Below are positions 1 through 8,458 of a stretch of DNA of 40,059 bases, in pieces (position 1 is the stretch's first letter; each line of letters begins with the position of its first letter). The translations under genes and the position numbers were made by a program. This DNA comes from Anaeromyxobacteraceae bacterium (lineage in GTDB: Bacteria; Myxococcota; Myxococcia; Myxococcales; Anaeromyxobacteraceae). Below the pieces are notes generated by a model that searched no databases, had not been told where the DNA came from, and worked only from the letters and a program-made list of their open reading frames with translations. The stretch is from the NCBI GenBank assembly GCA_032654565.1, contig JAULAX010000006.1:1-40059 (forward strand). Direction: 5' to 3'.

Positions 1-13
1 CGAACCTGCGACC
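1..13 (-). other. tRNA T-arm-like fragment, possible att core at element boundary
   Basis: Reverse complement reads GGTCGCAGGTTCG (variable loop/T-stem/TTCG of a tRNA). The adjoining sequence does not look like an anticodon arm. Only 13 bp visible. Confidence 0.4.
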
Positions 14-553
14 AGTCTTGTCTCAGGCGTGGGAGGGAGTGGCAAGTCTTGGCAAGCCCTCGACGACACTGGAGTCGAGGCGACATCCTCCGTCGAAGGC
101 TTGCCACAGGATCCACCCAATGGAACGGGTGGAAACGCGTCCGCAGAGCAAGTTGCGGCGGATTTGCGGCGGAGGGAGCTCCTGCGTCCCGAGCATCTCC
201 TGCCGGTGAGCGAGGTCGCCGAGCGGCTCGGTGTCAGCGTGGCGACCGTCCATGCCGCGATCAACGCGGGTGAGCTGCGCTGGGTCCTGTTCGGTTCGGT
301 TCGCCGCGTACGGCCGGAGGAGCTGGACGCGTACATCCAGTCGCGGAACGCTTCACGCCCACCTGCCGACGAGGACTGGTGCACGGTGGCGGACGTGATG
401 CGCTCCACCGGGTTCAGCCGATCCAAGGCGTACAGGCTGCTTGCGCGTGGCCTCGTGCCGTTCCACGTCTTCGCTGGCACCCGATACATCCGGTGCAAGG
501 ACATCGGCGACTTCCTACGAGCCGACAAGAACACTCGTGGGATTCCTTTGTGA
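2..553 (+). CDS. Excisionase-family (HTH_17/MerR-like) DNA-binding protein with two HTH domains; frame open from window start
   Basis: LLPVSEVAERLGVSVATVHAAINAGELR...RRVRPEELDAYI and a second HTH WCTVADVMRSTGFSRSKAYRLL. No stop in this frame between base 2 and the GTG at 29. Confidence 0.7.
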   Translation, partial: EPATSLVSGVGGSGKSWQALDDTGVEATSSVEGLPQDPPNGTGGNASAEQVAADLRRRELLRPEHLLPVSEVAERLGVSVATVHAAINAGELRWVLFGSVRRVRPEELDAYIQSRNASRPPADEDWCTVADVMRSTGFSRSKAYRLLARGLVPFHVFAGTRYIRCKDIGDFLRADKNTRGIPL

Positions 554-596
554 TTGCGCCCGGGCGGGACCATGGCGAACGGGAGGACGCCCGGGG

Positions 597-992
597 TCAC
601 TCGCCAGTGAACGCGGAGAGCTTGAGTCCCTCGACGCGCTCGAAATGCTTGCGGTTCCTGGTGAGCAGAACTCCGTCGTTGGCGATGCACACTGCTGCGA
701 TCATGTAGTCGGCCATCCCAATGGCCTGGCCTTGGCTCTCGAGTTGTTGACGGAGATCCGCCGCGATTCGAGCTTCCTCGGGACCGAAGGAGAGGAGGGT
801 CATGGCGTCGAGGAGCGTGTCGATCCCTTTCCTCTGATTCGAGGTGCGGGCACCCGACCGAAGCTCGAACGCCGTAATCGCGGTGGTACCGAAGGACCTC
901 GTCTCGAGCTCGAACGCGACCCGCTTCGCCGCACCACCTCGCCTGCGCAGGAAGTCGATGAGGACGTCGGTGTCGGCGATGATCACCGCCAC
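597..992 (-). CDS. vapC: PIN-domain toxin VapC
   Basis: IIADTDVLIDFL, ITAFEL, GMADYMIAA, LLTRNRKHF PIN motifs; overlaps the antitoxin. Confidence 0.92.
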   Translation of the reverse strand: MAVIIADTDVLIDFLRRRGGAAKRVAFELETRSFGTTAITAFELRSGARTSNQRKGIDTLLDAMTLLSFGPEEARIAADLRQQLESQGQAIGMADYMIAAVCIANDGVLLTRNRKHFERVEGLKLSAFTGE

Positions 993-1222
993 ACCTCGCG
1001 CAGTTTCCCAACCGACTCCTGGAGAGCATCTGCCTCCTCGTCGGAGAAGCTGCCCTTGACCCGGAGTGCGCTGGCGACGGCCTCGCGCCGCGCCCGGTGC
1101 TGTTTCATGTAGAGGTCCAGCGCCTCTCGGATGAGCGAGGAAAACCCCTTCTCACCGCGCTGGGCGGCGAGCTTCAGGAGCTGTGCCCGCTGTTCGTCGT
1201 TGATCTCGACCGTCGTCCTCAT
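983..1222 (-). CDS. vapB: Ribbon-helix-helix antitoxin VapB
   Basis: MRTTVEINDE...FSSLIREALD RHH pattern, 79 aa, directly upstream of and overlapping the PIN toxin. Confidence 0.85.
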   Translation of the reverse strand: MRTTVEINDEQRAQLLKLAAQRGEKGFSSLIREALDLYMKQHRARREAVASALRVKGSFSDEEADALQESVGKLREVWR

Positions 1223-1228
1223 GGAGAC

Positions 1229-1257
1229 ATACTACATGCATGTGCATGCTGGTGCAA
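1229..1257 (-). promoter_or_regulatory. sigma70 promoter of vapBC with operator palindromes; probably leaderless
   Basis: TTGCAC-17 nt-TAGTAT, 6 nt before the ATG at 1222. The spacer holds ACATGCATGT (1234-1243) and GCATGC (1244-1249). Confidence 0.65.
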
Positions 1258-1273
1258 GAGCTTCATTCCTGGT

Positions 1274-1306
1274 TGTCCCTCGCCTGTCGTTCGCCTGTCC
1301 TTCGCC
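1274..1306 (+). repeat. Three tandem 11-bp copies of the IS terminal motif
   Basis: TGTCCCTCGCC / TGTCGTTCGCC / TGTCCTTCGCC at 1274, 1285 and 1296; the third is the start of the IS left IR. Confidence 0.75.
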
Positions 1307-2603
1307 AGAATCCCGTCCGTGCTGAAACCATTGCCGATTCGGCCAGGGACAAGGATTCTCCCCGGCTCGATGCTTCGCCTCCTCGTAGCCCTCCTGCCGA
1401 CCATTCTCTCGGCCATGCTCTCCCGACGCGACCTCGTGGTCGAGAATCTGGCCCTTCGCCAACAGCTCGTAACCCTGGCCGGTCGACGACACCCCGACAT
1501 CCGGCCCGCCGATCGGGTCTTCTGGGTCCTGCTGCGCCGCCTCTGGAGCGGTTGGGCCGAGAGCCTCGCCATCGTCGAGCCGAATACTGTGGTTCGCTGG
1601 CACCACGCCGGCTTCCGCATCTACTGGAACTGGCTCTCCAGGCGCGGCGCTCGCTCCGGCCGCCCTCCCCTCCCTCGCGAGGTCCGCGCTCTCATCCGAA
1701 GGATGGCCACGGAGAATTCCTGGGGCGCCCCCCGCATCCACGGCGAACTCCTCTGCCTCGGCTTCGAGGTCTCCGAGCGCTGCGTATCGCGCTACCTTCG
1801 CAAGCTGCCTCGCGCTCCGAAGGCCGGCCAGACTTGGACGACCTTCCTCCGGAACCACCGAGACGGCATCGCCGCCATGGATTTCTTCTCCGTGCCCACG
1901 GCGACGTTCCGTGTTTTTCAGGTGCTCTTCATCATCCGCCACGGCCGGCGCGACGTCGTCAGCTGCGCCGTCACGACGTGCCCGACCGCTGCCTGGGTCG
2001 CCCAGCAAATTCGTGAAGCCTTCCCATTCGAGTCTGCACCGCGGTTCATGATCTTCGATCGCGGCGCCACCTTCACGGACGGGGTGATGGCGACTCTGCG
2101 GTCGATGCAGGTAGAGCCGACGCGGGCCAGCTACCGGAGCCCTTGGCAGAACGGGGTCGCGGAGCGCTTTGTCGGTACCGTTCGTCGGGAGTTGCTCGAT
2201 CACGTCATCGTGGTCAACGAGCACCATCTCCGTCGCCTGCTCGACTCCTTCATCGACCACTACAATCAGGACCGGACCCATCTCGGCCTCAGCAAGAACT
2301 CTCCGTGCGGGCGGTCGGTCGAGCACCGTCCCACCGCCGGCGCGACATCCAACGTCGTCAGCCTTCCTCGGGTCGGCGGCCTGCATCACCGCTACGCCTG
2401 GCGCCAAGCGGCGTAGCCGAGCGCCTGGCCCGTGGCCCCGCCCTCTGCCGACCGCCCCGGACGATCGGACGCGAAGTCTTGCCCGGTGCCCAGCCCGACG
2501 GTCCCTTCCGAGACCTCGCGGCCGTCCTGTGCCTCGTGCCCCCACATCGCCGCCGCGCCGGAGGTCGCCACAACGCGGACGGACGGTATATTGGCGAAGC
2601 ACA
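1296..2603 (+). mobile_element. IS481-like insertion sequence (TGT...ACA ends)
   Basis: Left end TGTCCTTCGCCAGAATCCCGTCCGT vs right end reverse complement TGTGCTTCGCCAATATACCGTCCGT. Encloses a DDE transposase. No target duplication. Confidence 0.8.
1370..2416 (+). CDS. DDE transposase (integrase core domain)
   Basis: [26 protein letters not shown]...FDRG...[10 protein letters not shown]...VGGLHHRY. The ATG at 1370 lies inside the IRs, whereas the ORF-track start at 1097 lies outside the IS. Confidence 0.9.
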   Translation: MLRLLVALLPTILSAMLSRRDLVVENLALRQQLVTLAGRRHPDIRPADRVFWVLLRRLWSGWAESLAIVEPNTVVRWHHAGFRIYWNWLSRRGARSGRPPLPREVRALIRRMATENSWGAPRIHGELLCLGFEVSERCVSRYLRKLPRAPKAGQTWTTFLRNHRDGIAAMDFFSVPTATFRVFQVLFIIRHGRRDVVSCAVTTCPTAAWVAQQIREAFPFESAPRFMIFDRGATFTDGVMATLRSMQVEPTRASYRSPWQNGVAERFVGTVRRELLDHVIVVNEHHLRRLLDSFIDHYNQDRTHLGLSKNSPCGRSVEHRPTAGATSNVVSLPRVGGLHHRYAWRQAA

Positions 2604-2879
2604 GGTATCGTCGTAGCGTGGGTTGGCAAGCCAGCCCCCGGTGTAGCCGGCTTGCGTCTCCAGGACTCCCGGAACCTTTCGAAGGATGTCCTGCATGCCC
2701 CAGAAGCAGCCGCCCGCCAGGATGGCCACCTCGCGGCTCTTCACGGATTTCTCGACGCTCACCCGAGCCTCCTTCGCGAGCACCGGACCAGGCGCAGCGA
2801 GCGCGACGGAGAGCGCGGCGAGTGCGGGCCAGAACGACCGGGCCCGCTGTCGCGTGTTGATCTGGATGCGATCGTCCAT
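2604..2879 (-). pseudogene. msrA: Methionine sulfoxide reductase A with signal peptide, truncated after ~92 codons by the IS
   Basis: [11 protein letters not shown]...[12 protein letters not shown]...NPRYDDT, then the frame runs into the IS right end at 2603. Confidence 0.88.
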
Positions 2880-2883
2880 GGCC

Positions 2884-3684
2884 CTATCCTCTCAGCCCAG
2901 CGTGGCCCGTTCTCGACCGAGACACGAGGAGCGCGGCAGCCGCCATCAGGAGGAGACCCCCGACGTGGAACGTCAGGAGGTGCACCAGGGAAGAGTGGGC
3001 GCCACAGGCGATCTGGAGCGCCGCTACTCCCGCCAAGGCGCCTGCGACCGCCGACGATCCCGCGCCGTAGCGCCTGCGCTCCGCAGGCTCGCCCCTGAGC
3101 CACCCCCATGTCGCACCTGCCGACCCTACCGATGCCAGGCCCACGATGACCAGGCACTCGAGGCCCGTGGAGAGGTCCAGCGACCCGCTTCGTCCTGCCA
3201 GGAGCGCCGCACCGAGGCTGGTGGACACGGCGATGGCAGCGGAGCCGAAGGTGACCCGCCGGCCGAGCGCCGCGAGCACCATGGCCAAGGAGACGAGGAC
3301 TCCGGCGATGCCCAGGTCCAGAGGCAGGCGTGAGGGGTGGTGGGCCATCGCGACAACAACGCCGAACACGGCAAGAGTCGCGAAGGCTGCGAAGACCGCG
3401 AGGCGGCGCCTGCTGCCGGGCCCATCGCCACCGATGGCCTCCGGCGCCATCCTGCCTGAAGCCCACTCGTCGAACATGGCGAGGAGTGCGGCTCGCTGTT
3501 CGAGTGGGATGGTAGGAGCAGGCAACCGGCCGACCGCCTGGGCCGCGGTTTGAAGCTGCTTCGTCCAGGCAGTGCACGCATCGCACCCTGCGACGTGGGC
3601 CTCGAAGAGCGCCCGTTCAGCCGAGCCGAGATGGCCCTCCGAGTAATCAGTGGCGAGTGCCGTGATCTCCTTGCAGGTCAGCAT
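2884..3684 (-). CDS. Anti-sigma factor: N-terminal zf-HC2 (ZAS) domain fused to an NrsF/DUF1109-like membrane domain
   Basis: MLTCKE...[11 protein letters not shown] (HxxxCxxC), then about six hydrophobic segments with GLECL and ALQIAC cysteines. The start overlaps the DUF2063 stop. Confidence 0.75.
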   Translation of the reverse strand: MLTCKEITALATDYSEGHLGSAERALFEAHVAGCDACTAWTKQLQTAAQAVGRLPAPTIPLEQRAALLAMFDEWASGRMAPEAIGGDGPGSRRRLAVFAAFATLAVFGVVVAMAHHPSRLPLDLGIAGVLVSLAMVLAALGRRVTFGSAAIAVSTSLGAALLAGRSGSLDLSTGLECLVIVGLASVGSAGATWGWLRGEPAERRRYGAGSSAVAGALAGVAALQIACGAHSSLVHLLTFHVGGLLLMAAAALLVSRSRTGHAGLRG

Positions 3685-4481
3685 TCTCTGTCTGATGAGC
3701 TTACAGGAGGGGCCGGGCCAACGGACACAATCCAGCCCTCGTCGAACCAGCTCGACAGCGCGGCGTGCGCCGCGTGCGCCGGATCCTCCCGGTCGGCGAA
3801 GGCCGCGCAGATGGTGGCTAGCGAGTCTCCCGATCGGGTGGCGCTGAGCGCCGCGGCCTCGTCGTGGGGGAGCGCGGCATGAAAGACGTCGAAGCCGCTC
3901 CGCCAGACCGCCACGGGCCCGGGGTCCGGTGAGGGCGGATCGGGCGAATCGCCGTCCTCGAGCCTGCGCCAGAGCGGCGTCGTGGCGTGGGCGAGCACCA
4001 GGACCTGGAGCGCGGGCGAAAGTACGAGGCCGGTCCGGGAGATGGCCTCCGCATCGAGCCCGGCCAGCGCCGCGCTCCCCACCGGCTCGGCCGGCGTCGC
4101 GAAGAAGACCGCCTGCCGGGCCCACTCGAGTTCGGCCAGGTCCGCGAGGTCCGGTCGCTCGGGATCCGGGAACTCCCGCAGGAAGGCGGCGAGGTGGCGT
4201 CCCACCTGCCCCACGTCGTGGTGCTCCGAGGGATGCCGTCGCAGGTAGTCCCCGGCCAGCGCCGCGAAGGTCTCGTCTCCCAGGAAGCGGACCAGGTTCG
4301 GGAAGGTCTCCCGCAGCGCCTCGACAAGCCGCCAGCTGTACATGTCGGCGTAGATCGCCACCCGCTCGACCGCGGGCAGGTCGGGCGTCCCGGCGAAGCA
4401 GGCGTCGATCCGTTCCGCTGCCACCGGCTCGGCGCTGGTGATCACCTCGTGGAAGAGGGCCTGGGTCTCGGCGAGGGTCAT
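3678..4481 (-). CDS. bufC: DUF2063 (HvfC/BufC-like) MNIO partner protein
   Basis: LAETQALF...ERVAIYADMYSWRLVEALRETFP...LGDETFAALAGDYLRRHPS...LADLAELEWA; ATGA overlap with DUF692. Confidence 0.85.
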   Translation of the reverse strand: MTLAETQALFHEVITSAEPVAAERIDACFAGTPDLPAVERVAIYADMYSWRLVEALRETFPNLVRFLGDETFAALAGDYLRRHPSEHHDVGQVGRHLAAFLREFPDPERPDLADLAELEWARQAVFFATPAEPVGSAALAGLDAEAISRTGLVLSPALQVLVLAHATTPLWRRLEDGDSPDPPSPDPGPVAVWRSGFDVFHAALPHDEAAALSATRSGDSLATICAAFADREDPAHAAHAALSSWFDEGWIVSVGPAPPVSSSDREC

Positions 4482-5329
4482 GAGGCGAGCCTCCGGCCCG
4501 AGGATCCCAGCTCCTCGGCCTCGATCTCGCTGGCGCGCCGGCTCTCGGCCACCACCTCGGCGAGCGGCGGGATGACATCGTCCCACTCGACCAGCGAAGG
4601 CACCCGGCCGAAGCGGCGCAGCGCCTCGCGGTACAGATCCCATACGCCCGCCGGCACCGCATGGTCGTGGCTGTCGAGAAGGTACTTCCCCTTGTCGCTG
4701 TGGCCCGCCAGGTGGAAGTAGCCGACCCGGTCGACCGGGATGCCGCGCAGGTACTCGAGCGCGCCGAAGCCGAAGTTGTGGGCGCTGATGTAGACGTTGT
4801 TGACGTCGAGCAGGATGCCGCAGCCCGATCGTCGGGTGAGCTCGGCGAGGAACTCCCATTCGGTCATGGTGGAGTCCTTGAAGGAGACGTAGGTCGAGGG
4901 GTTCTCCAGCAGCAGCTGCCGGCCGAGCCGCTCCTGCACCTGCTGCACCCGCGAGGTCACGTGGGCCAGCGACTCCTCGGTGTAGGGCAGCGGCAGCAGG
5001 TCGTGGAGGTACTGCCCGCGGTGTGTGCCCCAGCAGAGGTGGTCCGACACCAGCGCCGGCTCGACCCGCTCGACGACGCGTGCCAGCTCGGCCAGGTAAC
5101 GCCCCGGGATCGGGTCGACCGAGCCGATGGCGAGCGAGACGCCGTGCAGCACCACCGGCACTTCGGCCCGCACCTTCTCGAGCACCGAGATGGGCCGGCC
5201 GCCGGGGGCCATGAAGTTCTCGGTCACCGCCTCGATCCAGTCGACCGGTGGAGGCTCGGCCATGAACCGGGCGAAGTGCGTGGTGCGCAGGCCGATGCCG
5301 TGTCCGAGGTCGAGGCGTGGGGAGGTCAT
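4478..5329 (-). CDS. bufB: DUF692 multinuclear non-heme iron oxidative enzyme (MNIO; BufB/HvfB-like)
   Basis: GIGLR, EAVTENFM, LHGVSLAIGS, VSDHLCW, DLLPLP, LLENPSTY, LLDVNNVY, FHLAGH, DSHD, VEWD motifs. Confidence 0.95.
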   Translation of the reverse strand: MTSPRLDLGHGIGLRTTHFARFMAEPPPVDWIEAVTENFMAPGGRPISVLEKVRAEVPVVLHGVSLAIGSVDPIPGRYLAELARVVERVEPALVSDHLCWGTHRGQYLHDLLPLPYTEESLAHVTSRVQQVQERLGRQLLLENPSTYVSFKDSTMTEWEFLAELTRRSGCGILLDVNNVYISAHNFGFGALEYLRGIPVDRVGYFHLAGHSDKGKYLLDSHDHAVPAGVWDLYREALRRFGRVPSLVEWDDVIPPLAEVVAESRRASEIEAEELGSSGRRLAS

Positions 5330-5338
5330 GGTTGAATC

Positions 5339-5373
5339 CCGGAGCCGGCCCGAGGGCCGGCCCCGGGCTCCGG
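5339..5373. other. GC-rich stem-loop between precursor and MNIO genes
   Basis: CCGGAGCC...GGCTCCGG outer inverted repeat, with overlapping CCGGCC-cgag-GGCCGG. Confidence 0.55.
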
Positions 5374-5386
5374 TGGAGGGCACCAG

Positions 5387-5659
5387 CTACATCTTCGCGA
5401 CGACGACCTTGCCACCCTTGTCGGTGCACTCCTTGGCGGTCTTGGTCTCGATCCAGCCCTTGCCCTTGCAGCTGTTCTGGGCCTTGCAGGAGTTGTCGGC
5501 GCCGGCGCAGCTGCCCTGCCCCTTGCAGCCGTTGATTCCGCCACAGTTCACGGTCTTGGGCGCCTCCTTGGTCTTGTCGCTGGCCTGGGCGGCCCCGGCG
5601 GCGAACATGGAACAGACTGCGGCGGCGACGACGGCACCCTTCATGGCTTCACGGATCAT
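5387..5659 (-). CDS. bufA2: Cys-rich exported RiPP precursor, BufA2-type bufferin
   Basis: Signal peptide ending AQA, then CGGINGCKGQGSC...NSCKAQNSCKGKGW...EC...GG (6 Cys); immediately upstream of DUF692. Confidence 0.88.
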   Translation of the reverse strand: MIREAMKGAVVAAAVCSMFAAGAAQASDKTKEAPKTVNCGGINGCKGQGSCAGADNSCKAQNSCKGKGWIETKTAKECTDKGGKVVVAKM

Positions 5660-5722
5660 GGTGTTTCCCTTCGGCTGACTGCGTTGGACTGCGTGGGACT
5701 GCGGGCTTGGCGGCAGCTGGGT

Positions 5723-6367
5723 TCACTTCACCTTCGCGAAGAGGGAGAGGTCGACGGTGCCTTTCACCGCCACCACCTTGGCGAGCGACTGGACGCGGGC
5801 TAGCCAGCCATCGGTGTAGCCTGGGCCGATGCGGTAGGCGTCTCGGTCGAAGCTGGCGATGGTGGCGCGGATGCGGATGGTCCTCTTCTCGCCGTAGGCG
5901 CCGGGCGGGAAGAGCAGTGCCGTGCCGGTCACCTTCTCCCTTCCGCCGTCGGCGCGGGCGCGGCCGCAGACGGTGAAGGGGATGTCCGCCGTGAAGGGGG
6001 CCGGCTTCTCCGGGGCCAGGGCGCCGAGCTTCACGCCGCTGAAGACCGCCTCGATCGTGCAGTCCCTGGGCTCGGACTTCTTGTTGGTGGCCCAGTCGTG
6101 GAAGTGGCCGCTCTTGGTCTCGTCGGCGTCGACCTTGATGGAGGTGAGCGGCACCAAGCAGCGGCCCGAGGCGAGACCGGTCTTCTCGTCGAAGGTCACC
6201 GTGCACCCGACCGCGGAGCTGACGGCGTTGATCCGCTCGCCGAGCGCCGCATCAAAGACCACCGAGAAGCCGCTGTTGCCGGCGTCGGGGTTGACGGTCA
6301 GATCCTCGGCGGGGACGGCGGCCGGGATGGCGATCAGGATCGAGAGCAGGGCGGCGTGACGGTTCAT
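5723..6367 (-). CDS. Exported YceI-like (lipid/polyisoprenoid-binding) protein
   Basis: Signal peptide; VPLTSIKVDADETKSGH and ASFDRDAYRIG resemble the YceI barrel; first gene of the buf operon. Confidence 0.55.
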   Translation of the reverse strand: MNRHAALLSILIAIPAAVPAEDLTVNPDAGNSGFSVVFDAALGERINAVSSAVGCTVTFDEKTGLASGRCLVPLTSIKVDADETKSGHFHDWATNKKSEPRDCTIEAVFSGVKLGALAPEKPAPFTADIPFTVCGRARADGGREKVTGTALLFPPGAYGEKRTIRIRATIASFDRDAYRIGPGYTDGWLARVQSLAKVVAVKGTVDLSLFAKVK

Positions 6368-6548
6368 GTGTGGGACTCCTCGGGCGGCGTATGTCGGCCT
6401 CACTGCGTTTGACCGAGATCAAGCCAGACCATTACAGCCGATCACCGACGCACCTTTGGGGGCTGGTCGACCCGAGCTGCCGAACCGCATTTCTCCATGT
6501 CGAACCATTGGTTCCCAGCCGGGGGACCGATCATGATGCCGGTCGCGA

Positions 6549-7202
6549 ATGAACCGCCCGCCTCGTGCACCGCCGGAGGGCCCGGCGTCTCCCGCCGACG
6601 AGTCCGCGCTCATCGAGCGCCTTCGGGCCGGCGATCGTGCCGCCTTCGCCGACGTGATCGACCGTCACGGCGGCGCCCTCCTGCGCTTCGCCAGGACCTT
6701 TCTAAAGAACGAGGCGCTGGCCGAGGAGGTGGTCCAGGACACCTGGCTCGCCTCCCTCGACGGCCTCGACGGCTTCGAGGCGCGGTCGTCGCTGCGCACC
6801 TGGCTCTTCACCGTCCTGGCCAACAAGGCCAGGAACCGCGCAGTGCGCGAGGGGCGCATCGTTCCGTGGTCGGCGGTCGGCGGCAGCGAGGACGGCCCGG
6901 CCGTGGACCCGGATCGCTTCCAGGCGGACGGCCAGTGGAAGGAGGCGCCTGGACGCTGGACCGAGGAGAACCCTGAGCGCCTCGCGCTGGGGGCCGAGAC
7001 CCGTGCCGCCATCGAGGTGGCCATCGCCACCCTCCCCGAGCTTCAGCGCTCCGTAATCATTCTCCGGGACGTGGACGGGCTCGAGGCCGAGGAGATCTGC
7101 AGGCTGCTGGAGATTTCGCTCACGAACCAGCGTGTCCTGCTCCACCGGGCCCGGACCCGGGTTCGCCATGCCCTGGAGGCCCACCTGACCGGGTCGCGCT
7201 GA
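6549..7202 (+). CDS. ECF RNA polymerase sigma factor
   Basis: Region 2 AEEVVQDTWL...FEARSSLRTWLFTVLAN; region 4 LPELQRSVIILRDVDGLEAEEICRLL...VLLHRAR. Confidence 0.93.
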   Translation: MNRPPRAPPEGPASPADESALIERLRAGDRAAFADVIDRHGGALLRFARTFLKNEALAEEVVQDTWLASLDGLDGFEARSSLRTWLFTVLANKARNRAVREGRIVPWSAVGGSEDGPAVDPDRFQADGQWKEAPGRWTEENPERLALGAETRAAIEVAIATLPELQRSVIILRDVDGLEAEEICRLLEISLTNQRVLLHRARTRVRHALEAHLTGSR

Positions 7203-7298
7203 GTCCTCCGGGTGAGGCTTGCAGGCGCGCCCACCTGACGTGGCATGGTCGCCGCGCCAGCACTATGAACCTGGCGACACCGCCTGGAGGGTCACGCC

Positions 7299-7769
7299 AT
7301 GCCAGAGATCGCCTATCGAGCCGAGATCCTCATCGAACGGGATGCGGGCGCGGTGCGGAGGGCTCAACTACCCGCCGAGCCTGCTCCCGTGCTCTTCGGG
7401 ACACACGGCGCCATCGCCAAGCACTACGGGCGCGCGCCCGGCACGTACGAGCCGCACGCCACCACCATCGACTACCTCATCGCGGCCACGGGCGGTTGAC
7501 TGCTCGGAACCTTCGGGGGCGCGCTGGAGGCGCGTCAGATCGGTGCGAGCGGCGACCACCTGGTGGCAAGGGTGGTGGGTGAGGTCGAGCTGGAGGACAA
7601 GGTCCTCGTCGTCAGGCGGATCCACGTGCGGTTCGAGCTCAAGGCGACGCCGGCGCAAGGGGAGATAGCCGAGCGGGTCCACGGCTTCTTCGCGATGTCC
7701 TGCCCGCTATACCGGACGCTGAGGTCGGCCATCGCCATCTCTACCGAACTGGTCCACTCACCTGGCTGA
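7299..7769 (+). CDS. OsmC-family peroxiredoxin-like selenoprotein (156 aa, UGA at codon 67)
   Basis: ORFs 7299..7499 and 7563..7769 share a frame and are separated only by TGA 7497-7499 in DYLIAATGG-U-LLGTF, the first-Cys position of OsmC. The second Cys is in MSCPLY, and a hairpin follows the UGA. Confidence 0.85.
7518..7536 (+). promoter_or_regulatory. Candidate bacterial SECIS element
   Basis: GGCGCGC-TGGAG-GCGCGTC: 7-bp stem with a G-containing apical loop beginning 25 nt after the UGA. Confidence 0.65.
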
Positions 7770-7814
7770 ACGAGGAGCACCGCCAACGACAGGGCTCGCG
7801 TCCAAGAGGACAGA

Positions 7815-7934
7815 ATGACCGCTGAGGAGCTCTTCTGGCGGCTCGCCGCCGAGATACAGGCCAACGACGCGCGAATCGTCGAGGGCACCATCATGAACGG
7901 CAGATGCCTTCGCGTGGGGAAGGAGTTCCTCGCC
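7815..7934 (+). pseudogene. 5' fragment of a small TfoX/YjbR-like protein
   Basis: MTAEELFWRL...VEGTIMNGRCLRVGKEFLA with RBS GAGGA; coding-like character is lost after 7934. Confidence 0.45.
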
Positions 7935-8458
7935 CCCTACACCCCAAGCACGCAACGCGGCAGCAACAGGCTGGCTTCTCCGGTCACAGGCTGGTCGCGC
8001 CGGTCCTCTTGCCAAAACCCGCAGGGGCTCGCGGGCAGTCGGACTCTGAGTCGCCATCAACTGCACTTTGATACTGGAAGCCTCGGCTCAGCCATTCGCG
8101 GATCGGATAGCCTACCCACGCGTCAATCGCGAAGCCCGACCGAAGTGCGCAGGAAGCCCTCTTCGTCCTGGGCGTCGCGAGTGATGTCGACGATTGCGGT
8201 TCCGAAGGTGTCGGTTTCCAGCCTCAAGGGGCCGGGGGCGGCACTTTTCACCAGCCTCATGGGACCACCCTTTCGCCAGGCACATGGGACCACCCCACGG
8301 GGTGAGGCGGCCCTGAATGTTCAGGGTCATGGGGCCAGGCGCTGTTCAGGGTCATGGGGCCACCCCGTGACCTGGGCGGCGTAGGGCACCGCGCGAAGTG
8401 ACCGAAGCAACGCACGTCGTCTCCTCCGGGCAGTCTGGGGTGAGCCAGGAGGGCGACG

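Noticed and set aside
6368..6548. ECF promoter for the buf operon (GTAAT on the minus strand near 6431-6435)
   Set aside because: No convincing -10 element at the expected spacing; cannot be supported.
8209..8370. Short repeats resembling a CRISPR or iteron array
   Set aside because: They are IS21 subterminal repeats; no spacers or cas genes.
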